64,000 bases of DNA from Azolla caroliniana (taxonomy: Eukaryota > Plantae > Polypodiophyta): assembly GCA_043228905.1 (NCBI GenBank), contig JBHGNT010000022.1:5890001-5954000 (forward strand), written 5' to 3'. Below are positions 27,427 to 41,830 of this stretch, one piece after another; position 1 is the stretch's first letter; the number at the start of each line of letters is the position of its first letter. Under the pieces are notes generated by a model. The model made no database searches. It was not told the DNA's origin and saw nothing but the letters and a program-made list of their open reading frames with translations. Both the position numbers and the translations under genes were made by a program.

Positions 27427-28255
27427 CATGGTTGTTTAAGTACCCGTATTTAGCGTTTAAATAAGTATAGTACCTCATCATTTGTATAGTACGTATTATA
27501 CCTCAATGTTGTTCAGTCAAATATCATGTACATTTGTCCAATACGAGATTTAACGTATTTATAAAAAAACATGTATATACGTATTTATAAAGAAAATGTA
27601 AGTAAAACCCCAACAAAAACCAAAAGAAAAAAAAGATTTTAGTGAAAAAGAAGCCAAAGGAAGAAAGAAAGAAGAATAGAAGAGCCGATGATGAAGAAGA
27701 AGAAGAAGAAGAGAGAAAAGAAGACATAAACTTGTCCTGACTCTAAGTGTGATAATCATAGAAGATAGAAGAAGAAGAAGAAGAAGAAAACTAAGAAAAG
27801 AGAAACCTATCATGAGTGTGATAATCGTAGATGATTCCTCAATCTAAGAGGGCATAATTGTAAATAATTACAATTTGAAGTAGAACATCGTGATACACAC
27901 TTGCACCGATTTATAGAATAAGGTAATGTCGACATCCATATTACTACAAGTATTTTAGGATGTGAAATGTTGAAATGTCTTATATGCATTTTAGGATGTA
28001 GAACTATATTGTACATCGCAAAATTGTGTAAACATAGATGTTTTTTACAATATTATAGATATTTTTTAGAAAGGTAAATAATTTTCAAATTCTAGAAGTA
28101 TTTAACGTACGATACATAAAATACGTATTTTACGTATTTTATAAGTATTTTACATATTAAGAAAACGTATTTTTAAATTGGGAGGTACTATACACGTATT
28201 AATAAGTTATATACGTATGGTATCCGTACCGTACCTAACGTACCTAACAACCTTG
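27427..28255. mobile_element. Non-autonomous hAT-type element (MITE-like) with 8-bp TSD
   Basis: Perfect direct repeat GACTAGTG at 27419-27426 and 28256-28263. Imperfect TIRs catggttgtttaagtac / gtacctaacaaccttg. Inverted subterminal gtatagtacctc / gaggtactatac. No coding capacity. Confidence 0.82.
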
Positions 28256-31200
28256 GACTAGTGTAAATGGAATGATCCTAACAAGCAATACTGACTTAAC
28301 TCTTGACATGCAAGAGATAAATAAGATGGCATATGAGAGCCTAAAATGGAAAGTGGATGCTAATGAGAATGTTGAAGTAATGTTAAAGCCAAAGACCAAA
28401 AGAGAAGAGGTAGCACGCACCTCATTCTCGTCAAACATTGTTGATGATAAGGTTGAAGGGAAGGACAAGCCCAACACAAAGGCCATGGGGGAAGTGGTGG
28501 TACATGCCACCGTCTCACCATGTGATAACAAAATGGCACAACTAAGCTTTAGTCCATTCATTATGCTAGCTTATGGGCATATGCCGAAAACTATATAAGG
28601 CAATGTTCTACAACTTTGAGGCACACCCCTTCTCAAGAGTATGATGATATACATGTGGCCTTCCTATTGATGAAAGTGATACAAATCATTATAAAAATAT
28701 TTCTTTCGCAAACCTACAATAATTCTGGAATGCTTATTGTAAATGGTGCATCTTTATGAAATGGCGTCGATGGGTTTACATGTAGAAAGGGTAGTATAAA
28801 TTGTGTGATTCACACTACATGCTTGGGACGTATCTTAGATAAATAAGATACATAATTTTTTATTTCTGAATTGGATAATAGGACTTCATATATAGTTCTT
28901 AAATTTATGGAAGGATTTAGTATACAAAGTTCAAACATAGTGTAAGACAATCATATTTGTCCATAGAGTTTAAAAAACATCAATGTATGTTAAGAAGCTT
29001 GAGGATATGTTATAAAATACAAATAGGAAGCTTTCAAGAGAGTCAATCTCTCATGTGCAAGAAAATCATCTTCAGTTATGCATACCAAAAGACAGCAAAA
29101 AAATTAGCTCAAGAAAAAAAGTGGTTTATTAGGGACTATTGTGAAGCTCAAAGTGTTTTGTGAGTTTAGATGCCATAATAGATAAGAAAAACCATTAAGC
29201 ATTTACATGTGTATGAAAGGCTTATTTAAAGAATTTGTTAAGTATGGGAACTTGATCAATGATTTCCCATACCCAAGATTGGGCCAGGAAACTACATATG
29301 CATGTGGTTGATTTTTCCATAACCTCACTTTAAATTACTTGACTCTTATGCACTTGTGTACGCATTTGCATTGTAATACTAATGTGAGCAATCAAGTGCA
29401 AGAAAAATGATATGTTATGGTCCTCCTTCACCCATGCTTTCCAACCTTACAATTGACTTTATAATAAGCCTTAAGAAATTGAGTACTTGCAATGCAAAGT
29501 CATTGCGACAAGGCACATTTCGTTGTTGGAGTACAAATGGGATCAAAACTTTACATAAAGGTGGAGAGAACAAATAATCTCAACTATAACACAATCATGG
29601 ATGATTTTCTTATGGCAAATTTGTTTAGATATGTGATGGAGGGCTTATGAAGTTGTTGGTTTTCAAAACACACTATAGCACCATCAATTACTTTTGCAAT
29701 CTTCAAGTTTGAATGGAGGAAAATTCATCTCTTTCATTTCATCTCAAAGCCTTCCAAATTTGATTTCCTTTTTTGAGGCACCGTCTATTTTGTCTAATCA
29801 AAAACAAAAATAAAAAAACATTAATTCACTAGTAGCAATCTATTCTAAAAACTGGAACTGAACGATCCTTTCAATTGCACCATCTCTCATACGAAACCGG
29901 GCATGGGGATCTCTTCCAAACCAGCTTGTCATTAATTTGGTACCATTCCTTCTACTTCTCTTTTATTCCCCTCTTTTCTCTTCAACTCTTCCTATATGAG
30001 ATTGGTTTAGCTTGAGTGGTGATTGTACTTGCAAAACACATTACTTAATAATGTTTAATAGTTTTACAAGTGATCATGGATACATTAACTATAAACTTAT
30101 TAAGGAATACATTGCTTAATAACGTTTAATAAGTTTACGAGTGATCATGGATACATTAACTATAAACTTATTAAAGGACTCTGTGTTTACATTTCAACCA
30201 TCTTAGTAGTGACACAATTAAACATCTTCTAATTGTCCCTAGCATTTTCTCCACGCTCATAAACTCTCCTAAGAATCCAATTTTGACTCTCCAAGAAGAA
30301 TAGTTATGGAAGATGCAACCAACCTTCGGTGAAGAAGAAGGGAAATTGATATTAGATGCATTTGGGACGGATAATCAACCCATTGTAGATGGCATTATCC
30401 TGGGCCTTAACTTGCGTTGATAATTGAAACCATCAAAATTACAATTTCTATTATCCTCCATTGTAGATGGCATTATCTCGTGCCTTAATTTACTTTGAAA
30501 GTTGAAACCATCAAAAACACAAATTGTTTTTCCCATTCCTGGAATAACTTCTTTTCTACATTTGATGTTCCATGGAAAAGGCAACCCCATCCATATTAGA
30601 TACCCAAACAATAACTTTTTGTTTTTCACAATTGATGGTTCATGGAGCCGTTGCACTAGGTGACTTAGAGATATTAACATTGATAAAACTGCATGACTTA
30701 TTAGATAGAGATTTTAACATTGTTAAAATGCAATGCAATCCGGAAAGCACCCTTCACAACGTGCACATAATTGGAGTTACTGCACACGAGTCCTAATCAC
30801 AGGAGGGAAGAGGTTTGTAAAAAGCTTTGCATGCCAACTTCAAAGCAAGCTAGGTAAGGTATTTTGACCAAGATTCATCTTCGAAGCCATGAAGGCGAAT
30901 GGATTAAGGTAGAGTAGTTCAAGGGTGGGATTAAATACAGTTCCCAACTTGAAGCCGTCCTAAGAGATCCTACCACGTTTCAAACCCTAATTCAAATTTG
31001 CCAGGTGTGGGTGGACTGTACAATGTCACCTTACATCTCTTAGACTCATACATGTATTCAAGTATTCCCAAATAATTTTGCACAACTAGTAATCCAAACC
31101 AGAGTTTCTCTCTCAGAATAGTAATCCAAACAAGCATTTCTCTCTCTCTCGAAGATGATGATGACAATTGCAATTCCAAAACCAGTGCAATTGCTATTTA

Positions 31201-31585
31201 ACAATTCCAAAACCAGTGCTGACATAGCCAAGTACAAATAACACAAACAAGCACTATTTCAATGAAAGCATGTTCATTCCAACCACGTACTTTAACAATA
31301 GTAGGCTAATTGTGTTCATCAACATGGCATGAGCAGCGCATTTTCAACATTTGCAAAATACTCTTCTGTTCAGTGCGAACAAACACTTTCACAAGTCTAA
31401 ATATGATATTTAGCTGGTTAAGAAGACATATGACAAATAGTAAAAGTAGTTAATAATAATAACATTGTTCATGGGTTTTTTTAACAATTCCATGTTAGAG
31501 ATAAGAGGCTAACCCCTCTCCACACATAAGGATCATCTGGTTAGTTCAGTTAGTTTAAGGTATTGCTGATATCATTATAGCAGAC

Positions 31586-32192
31586 TTATTCATTCATACT
31601 CTTCATCATGATCTCAAACTCTTGGAAGCTAACCATGCCATCTCCGTCAGAATCAACTTTCTCGATCATCCTTTTACATTGCTCCAGACTATGACCTTCT
31701 TTGAATCCAAGCTTGGTCAAGATAGAATGAAGCTCGGATGCAGAGATGAAGTTATCGCGGTTTTCATCAAACAGGTCGAAAGCATATTTCAGATCTGAGT
31801 GCGAACTCAACTCATCCGAAGGCGTGAGTGCGCCATTGCCAAGATCCGGTCTTTCTTCTTCATCGTCAGTGCTATCGAGAGATCTGTAAAGAGTACAGAA
31901 ATCTGTAAAATCTATATATTCACCGTGACCAGAGCCATCATCATACGCTGATGAGATCAGAGAAGAGAGATCGGAATGAGAGATAAAGATTCCAAGCCTC
32001 TCCATGGAGTTCCTGATCTCTTCGATGCTGAGCCTTCCATCACAGTCTGTGTCGAACTTGAGGAAGACCTTATGGAGCTCTGCCCGCTCTGCCTCGGGGG
32101 TTTCGAAACGGGGTTTGGCTGTGAAGAAACGCTCCAGGGTCTTGGTCTGGTGGCCATTCCTGAAGCTAAGGGAAATCCTGAGAGCAGAAGAA

Positions 32193-32223
<31 letters not shown>

Positions 32224-32254
32224 GGGAAGGCAGTGTTGAGATCTCCATCGCCAC
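31586..32254 (-). CDS. CML: Calmodulin-like EF-hand calcium-binding protein (intronless)
   Basis: EF-hand loops DTDCDGRLSIEE, DENRDNFISASE, DSDGDGMVSFQE plus a degenerate second hand; N-terminal poly-Ser; TATA-like tataaata just upstream. Confidence 0.92.
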
Positions 32255-32256
32255 AA

Positions 32257-32290
<34 letters not shown>

Positions 32291-35200
32291 CGCACTCGGA
32301 CTCGTATTTATTTATAAATTATAATTAATTCTACCTTTTACGTTGACGGTTTCACACATGTCCGGACACACACCCCACAGCCCCCTGAAAGACTTGACTT
32401 CACTAGTACATACATACTGATACATATAATACGACCTGGTCCACATTTGAAAAGCTTCCAAATTTCCAACCACAAGTCAAGAAAGACGACCACACTTTCG
32501 GACTCACACACACGCATCCGTTCGTCCATCTCCTTCACAATACGACCAAATGAATGAATTGCTTGCAGCAATTATTGGAGTCTTGTTTTTTTTTGCCTAC
32601 GAAGTCTTGATGATGAACCCGATCGCTCTTGAAGCTAGGTTCACGTGGAGCCCACAACCAAATTTATGGAATGTCCAAATCGATGGCCATTCCATTCATT
32701 CATAGGAAAACATATTGCATCTTTGAATGTGCAAACAACTCATTGTCTCTATAAGAAAGGTGTGTGCCTCGCTGGAAAGAGAACAATGTTCAGAAAAGGA
32801 CGTCCAATAATTTATAATTTATTTGATCTAAACATTGGCCTCATTTGAAATATGCTTTGTCATTCATGAACCCATAGCACATGAGTAGGTGATGCCCCAC
32901 CATTGCTCAACTTCTACTCTTCCCACCTAAGCAAAGGTTTGTCATTAAGCATAATGTGCATAAAGATAATTTATAGCTATGTAAATAAGGCTTATGGGAG
33001 ATGCAAAAAGGCCACTGTGAGCAATTTTTAAATGATGTAAGAATCATTGAGGATGTACAATGATTATCATGGTCTAAATCATCTAATCATCCATAATAGG
33101 TATCCTTTACTATTGATCTTGGAGCTTCTCCATCCACTTCAAGTCAGGTGAATCTTCTCCAAATTTGACCTTTCATGGACCTACAACCGAGTTTGAATCA
33201 AGCTCAGTGATGGATGGAAAACTTCTTTTTGAACTCCCTATGGCTATTTTGACTACATATGATGTCAAACAATCTTTCAACACACGAGGAGTGAATTTTT
33301 TGAGAATAAAGGGATTGGTTCATGCTGGTGTATCTAGAAGATAGATATCACAGCCTTTCTTCCAACACCAAACAAATGGAACATATCAAGGATGTTCCCA
33401 TAATTCTAGCAAGGCTTTGCCAATACAGACTTTTTGGCAAGTGAAATGTGATTTTGATCTCACATAAATTGAGTTCCTAGATCTCACTTGACGATACCAC
33501 GATGGATACATCGCCATCCACAATTGCAAGATTCACACACGTGTCAAATATGTCAAATCATTCTTGGGATTCACAAAACTCCATCACCGGTTCATCTTTT
33601 TAGTTTCAACTTTCAACTATAGCCTAACCCCTAATTACTAACACTTGCAAACATTAACTCTTTCGATGGGCTCCAAACGGATAGATTCTGAAGCATCATA
33701 CCTCTAAGAAAACATTTTCATTATCAATCCTTTTCTCATGAACCTTAATCTAATGAAATCCTTCATCATAGAAATTGGTGCTTCTTTGCTTTAGGCAACA
33801 TTCTATCCCAATTGGATAATTGCACCGACTTACATCTCATTTTGCATGTTCTGCTTTCATAAATTCATAGCCTCAAAGATAAATTATTGGGTGTATGACT
33901 AGGAGTGGTTCGCTATCATCTTTACATTTGAGGGACGGTGAACCTATCAAGAATCTCAGCTTCACTATACCCTAAATTGCCTTCAAAATTTCCTTCCAAT
34001 TGAGCTCGCAACATAGGAAAGCACATGCTCTTTCCTAACATGCAAAATTTGAATTTTGGCTAGGGTATAATAGATATGGCCAACAAACTCGATATGTTTT
34101 AATACCCCACTAGGTCAAGTTATACATAACTTCCAGACTCCTAGTGGATGATTTGTTAATATAATAATTAATCATGATAACAACTTGAGATCGGTTGGTT
34201 AAAGAAATTGAGGGAGATATGATGGGATCCAAGAAGGGAACGTGTTGTGATATCAATCAATTCATGTTTAAAAATGAGTCCATCCCACATAGTAACTTGA
34301 TTTATGTTGAGGAGGGAGCATGCTAATGCATGATCTTAATTGGAATGCCATGACAATGCAATGTTTGGGCACTTTGGTGCTGCAAAAACTCTAGAAGGAG
34401 CATCACGAAACTAATAATTGGAGGTCACATAGCGAAAGTTATTTTAAGAAACTGCAAACACATGTGACACATGTGCGTGCTTGAAAGTGCCCCACCTTTG
34501 TCCTTATGATCTTCTTCATCCCCTCCCAACCTATTTTTTTTACCTTGGGCCTCAATTTCAATCGACTCCATCATGGAGCTTGCATAGTTAACAAGCATGA
34601 CTTAATGTTGGTTAGAGTGGATCACTTCAAGAATCAATATGGAGGATTTAACCCTTATGAACTTAGTCCGGTACCACATTTATGTATCTATATCGAGTTG
34701 GTTGAAAGCTGAAATGCGATTGTGCCACCCGGTGCTTAGAACATACTCCACTCTATGCACACCTAAAATCGAAAGCCAATCTCAGTTATTATCTCAAACA
34801 ATAACAGACAATTCTCTAACCAAACAATAGTTTTATGATTCCTCTCTGATCCAACCATATATATTTTTTCAGAAATTCTTCTCTATCTGAAGAAACAACT
34901 AGAACATATGGTTTTACATGAATTCCCTTTCTCAAGGAACTAATTAACCATATAAATTCTAAATGAATTTCCTCTCTAAAGAAATCAGACATTTCTTCAT
35001 GTGGAGCGATCTAACCATACAATACATTTTCAATTATGATGATGTTGGTGTCTCGAGATTTAGCAGTATCTCAACATAAATGTTATTATCAAATGACATA
35101 TCGTGTTTATAGTATATACATCATAATCTCGATTTTTAAACATCTTAATCAATTTTACTAATGGAGCTTTAATATTTTAATATACTATTTTTTATTTAAT

Positions 35201-35369
35201 TGGTAAATTGATTACCAATCATTATTTTAATTAAGTTGTCAATTGATATTTCGATTTGATCATCAAATGACCTTTACATTCACTTGTGCTGGAACATGAA
35301 GGAGAAGCTGTTGAGCTGCTGTTTTGTGCTAGACAGCTGCTGAGAAACAAGCAAGCAAGACAAATAGAG

Positions 35370-35585
35370 AACGCACACACCTTTTGGTGGGCACATTAAA
35401 AAACCCTTATTACATGCTAAACTTAATAAGTGAGACAAACAAGAACGCACACACCTTTTGGCGGGCACATTAAAAAACTCTTATTACATGCTAAACTTAT
35501 ATGTGTACTAATAAGTGACACCTTTTGGTGGCCACATTAAAAAACCGTTATTACATGCTAAACTTATATGCATACTAATAAGTGA
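35370..35585. repeat. Three tandem copies of a unit of about 70-75 bp
   Basis: cacacctttt..gggcacattaaaaaac..ttattacatgctaaactt seen three times. Confidence 0.8.
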
Positions 35586-35685
35586 GAACACTTTCGATCG
35601 AATGGAAGTTGGTTGAATAGAAGTTCAAACAAATGTATATATGTATATATATATATGTGTGTGTGTGAGATAAGTTAGTATATAT

Positions 35686-38600
35686 GCTAGTAGTGTATTT
35701 TGGGAGGCCGGTGGGTCCCTAAGAATTATTCCGGGCTCAGTTATCTCTAACCATGATCCTCTGAAGCTACAGGTTACATTTACCAAGAGGCGATACTCCA
35801 AGCAATTGCGTATCCCTCCTTCATTGCAATCTAATGATAATCACAGGATGTCAATCACTCAGATATGGTCCAGTTACAACTTTTCAGACGACTGTTTGCT
35901 TAACAATATGGTTCATGCCATACTCGATACAAAGACTCTATTCACAAAAATAATTGCAACATCAGTTAATCGTTGTAACTCAGAGATTGTCAACCTACGT
36001 CGTGCTCTTGCAGCAATACAACAATTGTTGGAAAGGTATCCGACTTCATCTATGTTACGTTGTGACTTGCAACAAGTGAAAAGTGTTTTAAAAGATAAAC
36101 AGGAGGAATACTCAATGTTCTTCTACTACTGTAATGTTGCTCGTTGGTCACAAAGGCAGGATCGGGTCAACAAAGAATTTTTTTTATTAGTTTAAACAGA
36201 AAAATAAACCTCTTTCTATTACTTCTCTGAAGCGGCTTGATGGATCCTACACATCAGATGAATCTGAGATGCGAGATATAGTCTCGGATTACTACCATCA
36301 GTTGTTGTCTGCGGAATCTTTTTCAGCAGATAGTCTTTACAAGAGACAAGTTGTTCTTGCAACTGTTCAACAAAAGGTTACAGATGTAATGACATCTCAT
36401 TTATTACAACCATTCACACTGCAGGAGGTCTTTTCTGCAGCTAAATCCTTAGGAAAGGATGTTTGTCCGGGAAAAGATGGAATAGGAGTTGGTTTCTATT
36501 TGCATTATTGGGATTTTTTGGGTCCCCTACTTACTAGAATGGTTAATTTAATATTTTCAAGCCGTAGTATGCCTGCAGAATGGATGGAAGGAATCATATA
36601 TATGATCCCTAAGTCGGATGCCCAATGTGATGAAGTCGCCAAGTGGAGGCCAATAACATTGCTTAATGATGTGTACAAGATTGTGGCAAAAACCATTGCT
36701 CTCAGACTAAGATCAGTGTTGCCGTCTATTATTCATGACACTCAATCTGGCTTTTTGCAAGATAGAAGCATTTTTTATAACATCTTTTTGTTTTGGGAAA
36801 TGGTTGCTTTAGCTCAGCAAAATAAACAACAGCTTGCAATATTTTTGCTAGACTTTGAGAAGGCTTATGATAAAGTGGATTGGGACTTCTTGAGGCAGTG
36901 CTGTCAAGATTAGGCTTTCCTACTGCATGGATAAAAGGTGTCTCTGCCCTATATAGGCATGCTTCTAGTTCCGTCTTGTTTGCTGGAGGATATGGGCCAT
37001 TATTTCCTATCTCCAGGTCAGTTCGAAAAGGATGCCCTCTCGCCCCGTTTCTTTTTATCTTGTTTGGGGAAGCCTTGTCTTCCTAACTAAGATCGTCTTC
37101 GCCAGGTATAAGAAGCATAACATTACCTTTTACACAACCTAGTGTATTGGATGTTGAATTTGTAGATGACATGGCCCTTTATGTTGATGGAGGATATGGG
37201 CCATTATTTCCTATCTCAAGGTCAGTTCGGCAAGGATGCCCTCTCGCCCCGTTTCTTTTTATCTTGTTTGGGGAAGCCTTGTCTTCCTACCTAAGATCGT
37301 CTTTGGCAGGTATAAGTGGCATAACATTATCTTTTACACAACCTAGTGTATGGGATGCTGAATTTGTAGATGACACGACCCTTAATGTTGATGGGGAGAT
37401 TGGAAATCTTGGTTGGGTACAAGATTCTTTGCAAGTTTTTTCAGATGCTACAAGTGCATCACTTAATTGGAACAAGTCAGTTGGAATTTGGGTAGGTGAA
37501 GAAACTCATCCTACATGGTATGCATGTCCATCTTTCTGATGGCTTCATCATGGCGAACCAGTTTGCTATCTAGGATGTATGGTTGGCATAGATTTGCGGC
37601 CAGAAGCAATGTTATCGCCACTACTATTATCAATAAAACGTAAACTAATACATTGGGATGCCCAACAATTGTCCTTTGCAGGTTGGGTTGTTGTAGCCAA
37701 CGCTATATTGTTGGCTTCAATGTGGTTTATAGCATCCGTTTGGCTATTTTCTAGATCTGCAATAACGAAAGTGCAAAGTTTGATCTGGAATTTCCTTTGG
37801 GGGGGAAAACAAGGATCTCCAACAGTAGCCAAAGTTGCTTGGAATGTGTTAATACAACCTAAAAGCAATGGAGGTTTGGGTTTGATAGACCCTTTAATGT
37901 AGTCAAGAGCCCTTTTGACTAAGTTTGTGATTAGAGGATTGTTGCTAGGATCAGAATCTTGGAAAGAGATATTTCTAAATCGGTTGATGCAGTTAAGTCC
38001 TAAGACGGGCGGTGTTTGGTCAAGAGCCCTTTTGACTAAGTTTGTGATTAGAGGATTGTTGCCAGGATCAGAATCTTGGAAAGAGATATTTCTAAATCGG
38101 TTGATGCAGCTAAGTCCTAAGACGGGCGGTGTTTGGTCACCCTCTTTAAAATGGTTATTCCTGAATGATGTACAAACACCAAGGCGGGATCTTGCATCCA
38201 ATAGATTTTTGCTAGGAATCATAAGGGCATGGGATATGATTAAGTCATTCTTGCTTAAGGACAAGCCTTCTACGTGGGATGCGCTACTTAATCAACCTCT
38301 TCTTACCAATTCTTTATTTCGGGATAATGTAGAAAAAGTGTTGGGCCTGAGAACTCACCCTGCCTGGGGAAAATTGGATAATGGGCCTGTTGCATCTGTA
38401 AGAACGTGGAATCATTTTCAACAAATGTCACATGAAGATCGTCTTGCACAATTACAATCACTTCATGGTGCCAAGATAATGACTGTTAGTATATCAGCAA
38501 CATATTCATTGTTTTCTGCAACCTTTCAACCCATGAAGGAACATATGTGGTTTGGATGCTTCATAAATGACACATTGGTGGCTGTCAAGGCAGTTTCACC

Positions 38601-39871
38601 TAACGGGTGTGCTTCTTACTTTAAGGTCCTAGACAATCATACATTACAAGCTTACACCGTAGAGTGCAGTTATCTACAACACTTGCGAAGTGCACCAGTT
38701 AGAGTTGTTGCTAAATTTGGAAAGAAATGGATGCTCAATCCTTATCCTTCAATTGCTCATACGTGTGATATGTTGTGGTTATATGCAAAAGACCCGATTG
38801 CAAGATTAACATGGGATTTGGGGGGCTGGTTTTGGTCACATTCCTTGGGGAAACAGATCATAAAGGTTCCTTTCTTTCAATACTTAGTAAAACTTGGAAG
38901 AGCACTATTGCTTTCTCGGAATGCAAGGATACCAGTAGCTCAGAAACATTGAACCACTTGGGGGGTCTCAACTTTGCATATGAAAACCTATTGGAAATGG
39001 ATTTGGTCATTCAAGGGGCCAACTAAATTTATTCTCTTCAGATGGCTATTAGTGCATATGGCCTTAGCAGTTGGTCACTCATTGAAAGGGAATGTAACAC
39101 CTAATCTTCGACAATGTGACTTTTCCCACAAAGCGCAAGAGACTACCAAGCATGCCCTTTGGTCATGTTCCTTGGCTCAACAAGTATGGAATAAAGTTCT
39201 TTCGTTATTTTTAACAATCAATGTTGGTTGCTTATTTTCATGGGGATCTGCAATGTGGGGAGTGTTACATTCCAGTTTGATGTTGTATGAGGCAAGTGAT
39301 GTTCATGAGGCAATGATGGTACATAATAGAAGATTGATATTGGTTAGCCCCTTTCAGCAACCTCGAAAGTAGGTGCGATCTGCCCAGATATGAAAAACAA
39401 TGAATACAATAACGTTATGGGCATTATGGAAATGTCGATGCAACCGGCGTTATGATGCGACATATCAATGTCTCTCAGATGTCTTGCGTGAGATATGGGA
39501 GAACTTGGTGGCAGTAGTCCGCAGCCAGTATGACAACATGCAGGGCTCACGAGAGACTGTGAACAAGAGAAAGAAGAAGCTCCTTCACTTATGGAAAAGG
39601 TTACCCCTATTCTCTGAGTCAATTCAAGGGCCTCAATGGAACTATCAACTTCCTTGGACCCTTTCTTGATTAACAATGAAGCATGACAGAATGCAAAAAA
39701 TAAATAAAAATAAATAAAAAAATTACCTTTTACAAAGTTCTAGCTTTGGTCTTAGGATTATCGTATATCATTGTACATGAAAATTGTAAGCTTTTGGGCA
39801 CATAAGCTTAAGCTGTAGCATTCACATGTTTTTCTTAATACTAATGAGCAAAATCTTTGAAGGAAAAAAAA
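35686..39871 (+). mobile_element. 5'-truncated L1-type LINE (ORF2 remnant) with poly(A) and 14-bp TSD
   Basis: End of APE domain (SNHDP), RT motifs WRPITLLN, LDFEKAYD, QGCPLAP and FVDD, and a zinc-binding remnant (ETTKHALWSC). Poly(A) at 39864-39871. TSD aagttagtatatat at 35672-35685 and 39872-39885. Confidence 0.9.
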
Positions 39872-40610
39872 AAGTTAGTATATATAGAGAGAGTTGTATT
39901 AGCGGCGTATATATGTGGGATAACTCACTGAGTGTATAATAGAGAGAGAAGTGCGTGAGAGTGAACTCTATGAATGAGAGCACGAGAAAAGGACTGCGAG
40001 TGTTAACACAGTTATTGCTGTGAAAGAGAGTGAGCGTGTGACGCAGAGAACTATAGTGAGCTAACATAGTGGTGACTGTGAGAGTGTGAGTGATATAGCT
40101 CTATAACTGAGTGTTAGAGGAAGCGAAGGAAGAAGAGTGTAACAGAGATGAAAGAGAAACAAAATAGAGAAGCTTTGAAAGCTTCGAAGGAGATAAATAC
40201 CTGCGAGTTAGGGTTTGGTGCACTCGGCTGAAACTGTGGTTTCAGATAACAACATGAGAGTAAATCCATACCAAATCAGGTTCTATCATTCTATGATTGT
40301 ATTCTTTCTTATCTCATAGTGGAAATCTTTGTTCACCATGGTTTTTCCCCGAAATCAGGGTTTTCCACGTAAATCGTGTGTTGCTTGTTTTTTGTTTGTT
40401 TGTGTCTCAGTTATCAGTGGTTTACGTTTGAGTGTAAAATCTATCAAACTGATATCAGAGCATAGGTTCTAGATGGAAGGGAATGTGAGTCTTTCCGGGG
40501 ATGATTGTCCTAAACTCGCAAAATTACTCAGACTAGAAGATCAAAATGGAAGATCTTCTGATAGTCAAAGATCTATATGAGCCTATAGAAAAGGAAGACA
40601 TACCTAGAGG

Positions 40611-41830
40611 TAGGGATTGGCAACGGTTTGGTTTAGGCTTAGCCGGTTTGGCCTTATCCAAGCCAAACCAACTAAACCTAAATCGTTTAGGGGTTTTCAA
40701 ACCTGAACCGAACCAAACCAAACCAAACCCTAAACTGGTTTATGAACCGGCTTGGTAAACGGCTTGTAAACTGGTTTGTGAACTTCATAACACAATTCTA
40801 TTACAATTTATCATTGAACTTCATAACACAATTCCATTACAATTTATCATTGAACAATCCCCCTCCAATATGCTCCAAATGTAGAATGGTTACAAGGCTT
40901 AGAGAAAGAAAACAAGAAAACATAAAATGAGAAATGCAAGGCAAATTTAACTAATAGATAATTAAAGAAAAACAATGAGAAAAAACTGACTATTCCAAAA
41001 ATGTTAAAAATTCCAAAAATTGATCGTCATAATGTCAGGAACTAAACGCTCCCCTATACGCAATGCTCGGCCACAACCGAGCTTAGATTCATGCACAGAA
41101 AACGGGAAATGAAAGCACGACACAAAGAAGAGAAGAGTACACAGGAGGTTTACGTGGAAAACCCCAAACTAGGGAAAAAAAACCACGGCAGCCCACAGGC
41201 TGCAAACTGTCACTATGTAAGAATGTACAACAGTGAGTTCACGGAGGCAACAACCTCGTGCTCACAATCTTCGCCACAGGTGGCGGTTACAACTGAGGCA
41301 ACGACCTCTTTCTCTCTCTCTCTCTCTGTACACTGTTACGCACTCTAATCTCGTACAAAACAGGAATGACAACAACCCTCTAAAAGTTTGCCCTAAGTCA
41401 TATTTATACTAATATGACTTTTCGGCTATTTACAAATATAGCCTCGATGGACTCTCAGAAACATATTTACGAATATGTCTCTTCATCCAGTGAGCATTCC
41501 TCACCGGGTCTGCACCATCCGGCTCTCCGTAGCCGGGTACTCCTCATCCAGTTCTCACCGGGTCTGCACCATCTGGCTCTCCGTAGCCGATTACTCCTCA
41601 TCCGGTTCTCACCGGGTCTGCGCCATCCGGTTCTCCGTAGCCGGGTACTCCTCATCCGGTTCTCACCGGGTTTGCACCATCCGACTCTCCGTAGCCAGGT
41701 ACTTAGCCAACTCAAATCAGTTTGGTGAGGCTCAAGCCAAGCCGAGCCGAGCTCAAATCGTTAAGGCAGGCTCAAGCCTAAACCGAGTTTAGCCGAGCTG
41801 CTAAGCCGTTTTAAGCCGGCAAAGCCAAAC
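40611..41830. mobile_element. Truncated hAT-like DNA element replacing most of the Copia gag
   Basis: Starts tagggattggcaacgg (TAGGGATG-like terminus) with dense aaacc/ggttt/agcc subterminal repeats. The Copia frame resumes at DSGASFH near 41835. No TSD found. Confidence 0.55.
41033..41700 (-). mobile_element. Copia-type LTR fragment (related to 61940-62461) with four 57-bp tandem units
   Basis: Shares ctcggttgtggccgag and tttccacgtaaac with the LTR at 61940. Repeats span about 41480-41700. Confidence 0.7.

Noticed and set aside
28270-31000. Possible decayed DNA-transposon coding remnants (also 32600-34800 and 58200-59950)
   Set aside because: No motif could be recognised with confidence by eye; needs a translated search.
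41480-41700. Regular repeat arrays resembling CRISPR (also 44455-44860, 10010-10310, 35370-35585)
   Set aside because: Head-to-tail units without unique spacers, mostly inside LTRs or leaders of a eukaryotic genome, with no cas genes.
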